From: Felis catus
Taxonomy: Eukaryota
Length of the DNA stretch: 64,000 nucleotides
Assembly: GCF_018350175.1 (NCBI RefSeq)
Contig: NC_058368.1
Location: 146,012,001-146,076,000 of the forward strand
Reading direction: 5' to 3'
A program made the translations under genes and the position numbers. This document shows, one piece after another, positions 13,343 to 24,974 of this stretch. The notes beneath the pieces were generated by a model. The model ran no database searches and was not told the origin of the DNA. It was given only the letters and a program-made list of their open reading frames with translations. Each line of letters begins with the position of its first letter. Position 1 is the stretch's first letter.

Positions 13343-13989
13343 TTCTTATTCAGGTACAAAGCCCCTGTGCCCTCTCCTCCAGAAATCCCTTCTTTCTATC
13401 TCCACCCCTGCCTTTAGGCCTCTAGCAGTCCTTACGGTTTACCCCTTTCTCACCTCTGCCACCCTGCTCCATAGGACTGTGGGCCATTGTGTCTTTATGT
13501 ACAGCCTCAGGATGGAAGAGGAGTGCTTCCCTGCCTAGAAAGGGAGTTTCTCCAAGAGAGAAGGATGAGCCAGTGGGCAGCTGACTTGTCTCTTGTATGG
13601 GCCTAAGCAGGTGGGTTCAGGTCCATTGGGTAGAATAACATACTCCTTATTCTCTAATAATATTTTTCTAGTAGATGGACTTAACAGGGGAATTTTCTGA
13701 GCAATTTGATTCAAATTACAATCTATTCCTGCAAGTACTTGTAAATACCACAAATCAATAACAGCGGTTTCTGTTGTAAGTCAGTGATATTGGGCACTTG
13801 CATTAATGTTTTATGTGCTTAGAATCCATACATTTACTCGGAGCCTTTTTCTGAAAGCCTTGATCATAGCCTTTTTTCGCAAGTTTCTGAGAAAGTCATG
13901 TACATCTGATGGGCATTTGAATAAATCAGGTACAATTAAGTCTCCTGATTTCATAGCGCCTGATTAATTAATTGTTCCTGCAGAGAACC

Positions 13990-14171
13990 AGATGGTTCTC
14001 AATTCTAACTGAACATGAATCCCCTAGAACTCTTTTTAGAGAAATAGTAATATCTGGGTTCCCTAGAGAGGAAAAAACATCTCTGAAGATGAGGCACAGA
14101 CATAGTACTTCTGAACCCACGTCCTGAACCAGGAGATTTTAATGTGGAGCTAGGGGTAGAACTGCCACTGC
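13990..14171. mobile_element. MER5-like hAT-Charlie relic
   Basis: tggttctcaa...gaatcccctagaact...aggagattttaatgtg...ccactg. Confidence 0.55.
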
Positions 14172-15027
14172 CTCACAAACCTTGGCAGGTTGTGTTGGGG
14201 GCAAGTCTGCCACTCCAGCAAATTCACCCAAACCTGTCCCACAAACAGCAGAATTCTTTTCCAAGTTGCCATGTTTGGTTTGGTGTCGTTTTGTTGTTAA
14301 ATCCCATCATGCTGAGTTTTGAGGAGTGTTGTTGGCCAGAGGCAAATGTAAGCAGCCCTTTGGGATTCATCCGTTTGGGGGGGGAGTTGTTTTATATTTA
14401 ATGTCATAAAAGTTACCAGCCTTTTTCGCTTCTCCTGCCCAACAACTTATTTTGGAGCTTGGCAAGAAAGAGGCTGGTCCATTGTGAAGATGGGACACAT
14501 TGTTAGCACTTCTGAAAGGTAAGAATATTGAAGCCACACAATAATCTCCTTTCCTGTGACTAGCAGAAGGCAGGGACTTCAGCCGTGTCTTGACATGAGA
14601 AGTGAATATCAGAGGAGACTTTCTGATATCAGAGAATATTTCCGTGAGAAAGTTTTGTTTGTTTGTTTTGTTTCTGTCAAGACAAACACAAGTGTTTTCC
14701 TTGCCTCTGGCACTTAGGAGAGCCCTTTCAATTTCTATCCTAAAACTTTGGATAGTAGGATCTGAATGTTGTGTTTTCCAGCCTTGCTGTAAATGTCCTG
14801 TAGTATTAAATAGGGATTTTTCTTAGAGTGAAGGAGAGCACATAATCCTGATCACTCCTGATCCCAGTTAGGCAGCCAAACAACATGTCAGGTTCATGAT
14901 AGGTTTTATTGACTTGAATGAGCTGTGCAAAGATGCAAGTGAAATTTAATTTTCTATGTGGACATTAAACAAGGACATTTAGCAACCACAACTAGTTGGA
15001 ATTTCATTCCAACTAGGCAACTGTAAA

Positions 15028-15083
15028 ACACCACACACACACACACGCACACACACACGCGCGTGCGCGCATATGTATATATG
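15028..15083. repeat. (CA)n-(CG)n-(TA)n alternating purine/pyrimidine tract
   Basis: cacacacac...acgcgcgtgcgcgcatatgtatatatg. Confidence 0.95.
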
Positions 15084-15148
15084 CCATTTTTAAATAAAGA
15101 ACATCAAGAATTATGCTTAAAATATGTCAAGAAAATATTATGGATTGT

Positions 15149-15243
15149 AAAAGAAGGAAAGAAGGAAAGGAGAAAGGAAGGAAGGAAGGAGATAAGGAGG
15201 GAGGAGGGGAGGAGGGAGGAAGGAAGGGCAGAAGAAAGGAAGT
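15149..15243. repeat. Polypurine (GGAA/GGAG)n tract
   Basis: Nearly pure A/G for about 95 bp. Confidence 0.95.
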
Positions 15244-15579
15244 CTCAAGTTTTGAGAAACTGTCTGTCTAGGCTGGCCATATCCATCCAAGCCCTATGAG
15301 AACATGGTGAATGCCAGGAGAATGCACCATGATACAGGAGAACAAAAGTCTGGGAGATGTCACTTTTGTTCCTAATCATCCTTATGACTCAGGGCAGGTC
15401 TTTCTTCACTTCTCAGGATGTCATCTTTTGAAAAAGAACAAAATTTCCTTGAATTCTGAGATTACCCAAAAAGAGTAATGAGAAAAGGAGTGTCACCTGA
15501 AAGCAAAAGAGGAAACTTGCTGACAAAAAGTTAAAAAAATGCTAGTCACATTCCAAACAAGTAAGGCAATAGCATATTC

Positions 15580-15817
15580 CTTTTTTTTTTATTTTTTTTT
15601 AATTTTTTTTCAACGTTTTTATTTATTTTTGGGACAGAGAGTGACAGAGCATGAATGGGGGAGGGGCAGAGAGAGAGAGGGAGACACAGAATCGGAAACA
15701 GGCTCCAGGCTCTGAGCCATCAGCCCAGAGCCTGACGCGGGGCTTGAACTCACGGACAGCGAGATCGTGACCTGGCTGAAGTCGGACGCTTAACCGACTG
15801 CGCCACCCAGGCGCCCC
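15580..15817 (-). mobile_element. Young Can-SINE (SINEC_Fc)
   Basis: CpGs retained, long poly(T); perfect TSD ggcaatagcatattc at 15565-15579 and 15818-15832. Confidence 0.98.
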
Positions 15818-18581
15818 GGCAATAGCATATTCTTAGCAAAAGGTGTACTTGAGCTTTCCCCCCATCCCTGATGTATTGACTTGAGCAATATTGAGGTATC
15901 TTAGGTTTATTTAAACAGAAGAGCTCTGCTTTGTGCAACTGCACTGCTAATCAGCAACCCACAGAACCCCAAGAGAGGAATGTTTTGAATATATGGAAAA
16001 GAAATTGCAGGAATATAATCCAGCTTTTTTGGCCCTGAAACTAGATTCTCCTATGCTCTCTGGAAATTTTCAAGAATCTGTTTTAGCAGATGGAGACCAC
16101 AGAATAATTTTAAGGAAGCTGAGAATGTGTACATTTTCCTTGCCCATCTACACCAGACTTTCTAGGTGAGGTTCTAGAATACTTAGGACTTTTCTCAGTA
16201 TTAGTAGAATAGCTATAAAATCTAATCATCATTTAAAACCTGCCGTACTGATTAGGTCTGTGCTCTGGGAAAACACATCCCATACATAGCTGGACACATC
16301 CTGCCCCACTGAGGGGAAGCTGTGATTGGAGATGAAGTGCTAAGTGTTCAGTCTTTAGCACGGATGAAAAACTGTATGCAACCCAATCTTTTCATTGGAG
16401 ATTTAGAAGGCTCTTGCAGTAATTAACAAGAGAGCCACTTGACTTAGTGAGACCTAGCCTCTTGGGAATTTGGGAAGCTGCCCACAAAAAGCTGGAGCTT
16501 TCTGCCCAAGCAGGGGATTACATCCTGATCCTTCGGAGAGACCCTCCCATTTGTCCTTTGAAGTGACAGTTTCTCTGCAGGTGTCAAGTAGCTCTCTTCT
16601 TGCGGCTGGCTTTCGGATTTGGAACGTTCTGCTAAACACTCTCAGCGACCTTTCTCCATGGGTGTTTGGGAAGTTTACATGGTAATCCCTTAAAAGCATT
16701 ACAGATATCAGAAACAGTTCTTAAGGTAAAATTGAAGAAGGCTACCCAGCACTCTCATCCCTGACTTCAATTTTTCTTCAGTCCTGGTGAGGCCTGTTAG
16801 GCATTCTCCTTGTCCTATTCAGACATTTAATGCCCTGCCTACCAATTCCCAGCCAAGCACATGGATCATGATTGAAGTATTTTCCAGATTTGGTCATTCT
16901 TTGCTAAATGTCCTGTGTTGGAATCTACTGCACCAAGGAGGAGGTCCTACGAGGTGAGTCCCATGGCTGTCGCCATCTTGGGTAGCTTCTCTAGCTCAGC
17001 CTGGGACTCTAAGACCAGCTACTCCTCCAGAACCAGCCACAGGTGTTCACGTTTTCTGGCCCACTGCTCCCTTCCCAGCAGCCATTCCAAGCCCTTCTCA
17101 GTTAGGAAAGGAAAATGATAGTCGTATTTAGGATATTAGTGAGGGTTTTCTGTACTTGCTCATGATGCCCATCAGTGCTTTGGCAGGTAGGGTAGGACAG
17201 ATGGTCAAGGAAGGCCACATTGGGGACAGGATATTTTGCTTTTTATCCCTGGCCGTCACATTTTTGAAGTTAATTTTGTTGGTTGTGCCCCTTTGATAAG
17301 TTGTTTCTTTCAGATTTTTTAAATCTTGGTCTTAGCACTTTTTAAATTAAAAAAAATCTATATATCCCTAATTAATTAATTTTATTTATTTCATTTCAAA
17401 GAAGGGAAGGTAGATTTTTGATGGTTCTTCATGTCACCATTTTTAGAGTAATTGTGAAATAGTCTAAAAATGTGTTTTGTTTTTGTTTTTGCTAAAAGAC
17501 AATTTTATTTAAAATTAAGACTAGTTTGGGTTCAAGTCCTTACTATGTGACTTTGATCACACTACTTTACCTCCTGAAGAGTCACTTTCCTCAACTTTAA
17601 GAACTGTGGGTATAAGAATACCCCAAACCCATCAATGTTGTCATGATTACATGAAGCAATGGTGTCTAGCTTTTAGCAGGATGCCCGCATATTGTAAGGA
17701 ATCCCTAAATAATAGTCACCATGAGAAGGATAATTGAGTGCACTTTGTGTGGAGGAAAGGACAAAGTTGATGATAGAGGAAGAAGTTCGTGTGTTGGGAA
17801 TTTGCAAGTTTGGAGCAGACATGAAAGCAACCAAAGGAAACACTTAAAGATTAGAATGATTTACAACAGGAAAGAGCTCAAATAGTACCTATAACCAGTA
17901 CTGGGATAGACCCTGCTCATATGTTCATGCATATCCACACACATACACACACCCTCATTCCCTCTGATCCATACACAGTCAACCTGCCTTAGTCTTGGTC
18001 TTCAGGAGTGTCACTGGCTGTTTCTGGCCCAGTGAGTTCCATTCCAAATACAGGTCATTCACTTGGCTACACTTTGAACTGACCTTGTAAACAAGCTTTT
18101 TTCCCTTCTGTGGTCCATGTGGTTTTTGTGGTCTTCTATTTTTTAATCTGTTAAAACACTTTGAAGTTCAGCTTTGTGGATTTGACATCCAACTCCCACT
18201 GGAACCTGATGGTGGTTTCCTATTTCTGGTTTATTGCTAAAGAATGATCAGAAAGAGAAAGCATTAGAGCAAGGTCACTACAATACATTAACTAAGAAAT
18301 ATATCATTGGTGAAAATTTCCAAGGCGAAGTAAAGAAGGCTTCCTCTCAGGATGATTTTCTGTCGTAATCCTGTGTTAGAAAATGAGCTATAATTCTTTG
18401 AATTATTTGCCACATTACTTACTTTATCAACCATGATATTTCAATCCTCACATCTGCTTGTAATTAAAGAAGAGAGTATCTGAATGTCACAAGGACACTG
18501 GAATATGTGCAATGGTACTTGTAAACTGCTACAAGAAGATTTTGGTAAAATTTCCCTGCTAATTTAAAATCCTTATACTCA

Positions 18582-18916
18582 CTCATAGATATAGGAAACA
18601 AACTAATGGTTACCAGAGAGAGGGGAGAGGTTGGGGGGATGGGAAAAATAGGTGAAGGGGACTAAAAGAAACAAACTTTCAATTAAAAAATGTACATGTG
18701 ATGTAATGTACAGCATGGAGAATATAATCAGTAATATTATAATAACTTTTGTGTGGTGACAGGTGTAACTGGACTTATTGTGGGGATCATTTGGTAATGT
18801 ATAAAAATATCAAATCACTATTACATACACCTGAAACTAATCAGATATTTAGTGTGTCTAGTATACTTCAGTTTTTAAAAAGTGGCATACATACATACAT
18901 ACATACAAACATACAT
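18582..18916 (+). mobile_element. L1 3' UTR fragment; tail converted to (CATA)n
   Basis: aaactaatggttaccagag...aatcactattacatacacctgaaactaat; degenerate TSD aaaatccttatactca / aaaacactcatactca. Confidence 0.88.
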
Positions 18917-18965
18917 AAAACACTCATACTCAGAACACAAAAACAAAATCAAACATCTACTAACA

Positions 18966-19945
18966 CTTTATCTCCCTGAGTGCTGCTAGACCTGCCGGTC
19001 TGTTCTGAGCTGCTAACATGAGTTTCTGTTTGGCTAGATGATGTTTGTTCAAATTGTTGAGAATAAAGCCTACCTCCAGAGATTCCAAGTGTAATACGGG
19101 AAAAGATGAGGAGGTAGAGTTGATTAATGTGCTCAAAACTGTTTAGAAATCTAGGATAAGAGTAAGTAAAACATACCCAAATATAGGATGATAGTGTTAC
19201 CAACAGAAAGGTCATTTGAAAAGTGCTTCTGCTCACAAATGTCCAATGTAAACTATAGAAGTTTTCCTGAAAAATGTTGCTGTGGCACATAGTTGAGTCC
19301 TTGGGGGCCTGCTCTGGGCCAGCACGGCTTCTTAACAGAGTAGGTATGGACAAGATCTCTGAAGGCCAAGTGGAAGCAGGCGAAGATGAATATAAGGTAG
19401 AATGTAGTGAAAACCACCCTGGTGCCTTAGCAGGTTGTTTGCAGAACTATGCAGTCCTCCCCAAAATTATCCCTGGAAACAAAGTTTCTGGGCTCTGTGG
19501 CCTGTAGATAGATGCATATTCAGCCCTCACAGCACCAAATGATTCCTGGGTTATGGTTGAGCAAGCAAAAACTTCAGTGCAGAAGTACTTTGTAAGCACA
19601 TCAAGGGAAGACAATAAAGGGACTTATAAGAAACAGTTTTCTCTATACATTGAGAACAGTGTAACTCCAGACCTGGTAAGGAAGATGTACAGGAAAGTGC
19701 ATGCTGCCATATGAGATGCAGTCTAAGAGAAAAAAAATCTAATCAAAAAGTTATTTTAAAAAGATAACCTAATAGTTAAAGACCATCCTAATAGTCTCTT
19801 GTCCAGAAGTAAAATAGCTGAAAAGACAAGCATCCTTCGAGCGCGGGAGTAATGCTGCAAACAGCTAAGCCAAACCATCCCAATCTGTAATTTTCTAAGA
19901 AGATTTTCCAGATTAAGATAATAAACATATCAATCAAGAAACAAA
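18966..19945 (+). pseudogene. RPL5: Processed pseudogene of 60S ribosomal protein L5 (uL18)
   Basis: Intronless. From ATG 19038: MMFVQIVENKAYLQRFQV*...[58 protein letters not shown], to AANS* (19868). RPL5-like 5' UTR; AATAAA at 19920; many stops and indels. Confidence 0.96.
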
Positions 19946-20349
19946 GGTTCCACTAAAATGCCAACTACATTCTCCCCCTTACGACACAATACAACACATG
20001 AAGGAACTTCTGCTACATGGTATAATAGGAAATATTTTCAAACCCACAGAATAACTAGCTAAAACCTAAAAGCAGAAGGAAATAATATTGAGAATTAGGC
20101 CTATGGAATCATACTGTTGCTCTTCTAATCTAGTCGTCTTCCTCGAAGCAGGCAGGGCTCCTAAACCATGTAATTATGTGGTGAACAGATGGCATAACAC
20201 CCTTCAATATAGCTTGTTTGTATTTGGTATAAAATGCCTGTAAATACATTTAATGCCTCCTCTTCTGTTTTTTGTTGCCTTTAATCCTAGAGCATCACCA
20301 AGTTTTATCTTTAAGACCCTGGGCTTTGTTCTTTTTATAGATACCACCT

Positions 20350-20425
20350 TCATGCATTCATTCATTCATGCATGCATGCATTCATTCATTCAACAAACAT
20401 TCAACATTTACTAGTGGCAGGCCTT
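20350..20425 (-). mobile_element. L2 3' tail (cattcatt)n
   Basis: cattcattcattc...aacaaacatt...ttact. Confidence 0.65.
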
Positions 20426-20439
20426 GCTACCCTCCAAAA

Positions 20440-20978
20440 CCATGTTCTCTGCTGAGTACCCCATACCCTCTCCTTGACCACAGTTAATTGAACCAGGTAT
20501 GACAGTTGACTCAAAAGTAGTCAGTTACTTCATATTCTTCCAGAACTTTTGACTTGTGAGGTTTGACTAAAAATTGTAAGTGGGGGCAATCTTGCCTGGA
20601 AATTTAGATACCGAAACACTTAGCTAGATAGCAAATGGGGGTCAGAAATGTAAGTATCATGAGTTCCCATGATATAACAGGAGCTGAATCAGTCTCTCTG
20701 AATTATGTACAAGCTGAAGAAGAGGCAGGCAGAGTTGATGATGGGTCATATACACAAAGTAGCTGAGATCCCATAACCCTGCACCCCTGTCTCCCTTACT
20801 CCAAAGAGACAAAGTAGCCTTCATTCCTAACAGCTTTATAACTTTGGGTTCCCAGGTCCTGTTACATAGTGGATCCTGTTCCTGGATTTCAGTGAGCCTC
20901 ACTCTATCTTTTTCATAACCCAAATTCTTGAGCCAATTTAGCTGGGTTCCTACCTCTTTCACCTAAGTCCCCTGACTT
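20440..20978 (+). mobile_element. Probable old MaLR LTR (MLT1-like)
   Basis: gaccacagttaattg...ccagg; terminal gagccaatttagctggg...cctgact resemble old MLT1 ends. Confidence 0.45.
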
Positions 20979-21621
20979 GAACACTGCATGATTACATGAT
21001 GTTCTGGAAAAAAAAAATGATTGGGTCCATGAATATCCAAAGGAGACATCTTAGTGCAGGTTAATTGAATGACTCTTATCAGCTAGCTATTGTCATATTT
21101 ATAAGGATTGACTGTAACAGAAGCAAATAGAGTTATCAGTTTATATGTAAAAATTAAATGTTAGCCCATCATACTGGAACAGTCTTGAATACATTGAATA
21201 TATAATACATAGCAATTTCTAGGTGAAGCATTTCTCACTGGTATCTCTAAAGTGTTATGAGTTAGATAAGAAACCAAAATCTCTATGATTATTTCTATGA
21301 ATATGGAACTATATATTTAAAACCTCTTCTACACTATTTCCTTTCCAAAACATAAATTTACAACTTCTACTAGGTATCTGTGAGGTTATTGTCTTAAACT
21401 TTTGTTTCACCCCTCTATTGAGACATACTTGAAATACTGAAATGTAATCTTTTATCTTTTGAAACTGTCATTATTATGTCTATTTTGAAGTAATTTGGGG
21501 CCCAAAAATATCCAGAATAATATAACTCTGTAGTATTCTAGTATCATTTTTCAACTCAAAGAGAGGTGTATCTACAGTCCAGAAATGTCGGGAAGATTCT
21601 TCTTTTAAAGAATTAAGTTGT

Positions 21622-22523
21622 TTAGTATACAAAATCTATAAAAAACTTACCAAACTCAACACCTGAAAAACAAATAATCCAGTGAAGAAATGGGCAGAAG
21701 ACGTGAATAGACACTTTTCTAAAGAAGACATCCAGATGGCCAACAGGCACATGAAAAGATGCTCAACGTCACTCTTCATCAGGGAAATACAAATCAAAAC
21801 CACACTGAGATACCACCTCATGACAGTCAGAGTGGCTAAAATTAGCAAATCAGGAGACTACAGATGCTGGCGAGGATGTGGAGAAACGGGAACCCTCTTG
21901 CACTGTTGGTGGGAATGCAAACTGGTGCAGCTGCTCTGGAAAACAGTGTGGAGGTTCCTCAAAAAATTAAAAATAGAATTACCCTATGACCCAACAATAG
22001 CACTACTAGGTGCTGTTTATCCAAAGAATACAGGAGTGCTGATTCTTAGGGGCACATGTACCCCAATGTTTATCTCAGCACTTTCAATAGTAGCCAAATT
22101 ATGGAAAGATCCTAAATGTCCATCAGCTGATGAATGGATAAAGAAGATGTGGTTTTATATAATGGAATACTACCTGGCAATGAGAAAGAATGAAATCCTG
22201 CTGTTTGCAGCAATGTGGATGGAACTGGAGGGTATTGTGCTAAGTGAAATAAGTCAGTCAGACAGAGACAGATATCATGTATTTTCACTCATATGTGGAC
22301 TTTGAGAAACTTAACAGAAGACCATGGGGGAGGGGAAGGGGAAAAATAGTTTCAAACAGAGAGGGAGGCAAACCATAAGTGACTCTTACATACAGAGAAC
22401 AACTGAGGGGAAAATGGATGATGGGCATTGAAGAGGGCACTTGTTGGGATGAGCCCTGGGTATTGTAGGTAAGCGATGAATCATGGGAATCTATTCCCAA
22501 AGCTGAGAGCACACTGTATGTCA
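21622..22523 (+). mobile_element. Young feline-type L1, 5'-truncated (ORF2 C-terminus plus 3' UTR), tail displaced
   Basis: Open 207-codon frame with [18 protein letters not shown] cysteine motif; 3' UTR stops at agcacactgtatgtca; 5' TSD copy aaagaattaagttgt at 21607-21621. Confidence 0.97.
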
Positions 22524-22990
22524 ATTTTACTCTTATGGTGTGTACATTTTGTCTTCAAAGAAATGTTTGTCCATGTCATTGTCATGAGTACTTTTTCCTA
22601 GGCTTACTTTTAAGTTTTATGGTTCTAATTTTTCATGTTTATGTGTATTTTCCATTTTAAGTTAATTTTTACATATAATGTAAGGTAAGAATTAAGGTTC
22701 ATTTTTTCCCCATATGGATATCCAAATGCTCCAGTACCATCTCTTGAAAAGACTATTCTTTTCCTATTTAATTACTTTAGCTCCTCATTTATTTAAAAAA
22801 ATCAATTAATCAAATGTTTATAGACCTATTTCAGAATTCTCTATGTTATTCCATTGAACCTTAAACCAGCACTATACCATCTTGGTTATAATCTATAGTA
22901 AATCTTGAAAACAAGTGTTATTAAGTCTTCCAACTTTGTTCAATTGTTTCAAGATTTGTTTGGTGATTCTGTTTTCTTCACACTTCCATT
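22521..22990 (-). mobile_element. Ancient L1M ORF2 fragment inside the inverted segment
   Basis: ttttccccatatggatatccaa...ccagtaccat...ttgaaaagactattcttt, antisense L1M-like. Confidence 0.75.
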
Positions 22991-23396
22991 TATATATTAC
23001 AGTAATCAGTGAGACCATCAATTTATTTGGCTTTCTCTGACTCAACATTTTATTAACACTTTTTCTTAAGTATTTGGTTTTCTTGACTACAAAGACTTCT
23101 TCCTATTTTTCAAATATTTAATTGTTTGCATTTTCCAGTTAAATGTTTTAACTGTTTTGTTTTATATTACAGAAGATGCTTCCTTTTATAGTTATGTATA
23201 AATAAGTATCTCAGGAGCTGTAATTAACTCACAATTCCACACAAATTCCATTTTTACCATGAGGGGCCATAGGTAAACATTGGCATAGTAAGTAATTTTT
23301 TTATTCCATTAAAACACAAACTCTACTGATACGTCCATGCAGTTAAAGGACTGTCACTTATTTAATGTAAAGAGGAAAAACACAACTTAATTCTTT

Positions 23397-23486
23397 TTTT
23401 CTTTTTTCTTTTTTAAATTTATTTTTTTTTAATTTTTTTATTATTTTTAAATATGATTTATTGTCAAGTTAGCTGACATACAGTGT
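23397..23486 (-). mobile_element. 3' terminus and poly(A) of the young L1 at 21622-22523
   Basis: Minus strand reads acactgtatgtcagctaacttgacaataaa-poly(A), then aaagaattaagttgt (23396-23382). Confidence 0.93.
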
Positions 23487-24016
23487 ATTCATTTATATAC
23501 GTCTGCCTGATTTTTAAATATTTGACTTATAAAAAATAATCAGCAATACCAAAATTTTAGTTGTGTAAGCTGTTCCAGGAAATTTAATTGATCAGATTTT
23601 TGATTAATGACTCAATTCTGGGGAAAAAATAGTTTTTGGAATCTTTTTATTGGATAAAGGAGTTTAATAAGTTTTGCACCCAACAGTGTCAAATACTTAA
23701 AGGTACCTTTACATGTTCACAAAATGTAAACACAATTTTAGTATATGTGCTGCTGAAGCAAACACCCCCATATTGCCACAATTTAAGAACTATTATACTC
23801 ATGGCTCCTTGTGAAGCATCTAAGAATCTGAGATTTCCAGTATTTTCCTAGAAAAGATCTTGTCATTTGCATTATTTAGGCTCGTTCCAATTTCAAGGAA
23901 CAGCAAAAGTTCAGGTAAACAAGGAAATGAGGAATTCCAGGCAACTTCTGGGCAACTTCTTAGTGCTCCGAGAGCTGAAATATACAGCTATAATCTGACA
24001 AGGAATGTGGCCACTC

Positions 24017-24474
24017 TGTCGTCATAGTTTGGATTTACCCTGAACACAGATCTGAGCACAGGTACAGGTGAAAGTGATTTATTTAGGAAGCGCTCTTAGG
24101 AGAGACCAGTAAGGGAGTGGGAGAAGCAGGATAAGGAAGGCAAAGCAGCCAAGTAGCAGCATGATTTCAGCCTGATTTCAGAGCATCTCTGGGACATAAA
24201 TCACTCTTCAGAGCTTGTACCTCCCTGAGATGAAGGAACTGGGCTTTTAGACCTCACTTCAGATAGCATTGGCTAAAAGACAAGAATGGGAAAGAAAAGA
24301 ACAGAAAATTTAAGATCCTTCTGTTCAGTCAAGGCAGCCTCTGTGGCTCCAATGTCCACGGGCAGTCATGGGTACCAGTTGTTAGGAGCACAGCACAGAA
24401 GATGGGGGCTGAGCTCATGGGTTAGTGAAAGAAAATGAAGGGGATCTGGGTGGGATGCAACAGTGTCCACTACA
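24017..24474 (-). mobile_element. Solo ERVL LTR (LTR33/LTR41-like)
   Basis: TG...CA ends; aaggggatctgggtggg...acagtgtccactaca matches the reverse of the LTR33-type start; tttatttaggaag near the other end. Confidence 0.7.
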
Positions 24475-24974
24475 CTTATGCAGTCTAATAATGTATCACC
24501 CCTTCAATCCAGTATTCTCCAGTATTAGGAGAGCTGCTAAGAATTACTTGGAGAAAAAGTAGAGAGGATGGGCTTCAGTGGCAGGTCTTACCCTCTACTA
24601 TTTTCCTAAGAAATTCAAATCTGACCCCAAAATGCAAAATTCACTTGGGAAAGAGAAACGTGCCCCCAAATAAAAGCCTACAGCAAATGGAACTTACCCT
24701 TTTTAGAAGGTAATTTAGGAATCATGCATTCTATGTCTCTTGAGGTGGATTTCCTCTCTGCCTCAAACATCTCTTTCAAAATTTCCTTCCAACCACAGTG
24801 TAATATTCTTTCTGAGAGACGTTCTGGTAATCACTACATTACATTTCCAGTGTTGTTTTTGCAGCTCTTGTAGATTGGGGCTATTGGTGACTTCTCAGTG
24901 GGTCTCCCTTAATCTAACTCAATATAGAAGCCCCAAAGTGAACTAGAACAATAGGTCCTCATCTATTGGACATT

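Noticed and set aside
16860..16980. Minus-strand MATAM start as an ING5 or TM9SF4 retrocopy
   Set aside because: The sequence after the first five residues does not match either protein as I recall them, and a stop follows within ten codons
18949..19353. 134-aa minus-strand ORF
   Set aside because: Antisense shadow of the RPL5 pseudogene
21682..22305. 207-aa ORF as a host gene
   Set aside because: It is the C-terminus of L1 ORF2, starts at GTG, and belongs to a 5'-truncated element without a promoter
21622..23486. Twin-priming 5' inversion as the explanation of the split L1
   Set aside because: Twin priming leaves the two L1 parts adjacent between direct TSDs; here about 860 bp of flank intervenes and the TSD copy itself is inverted
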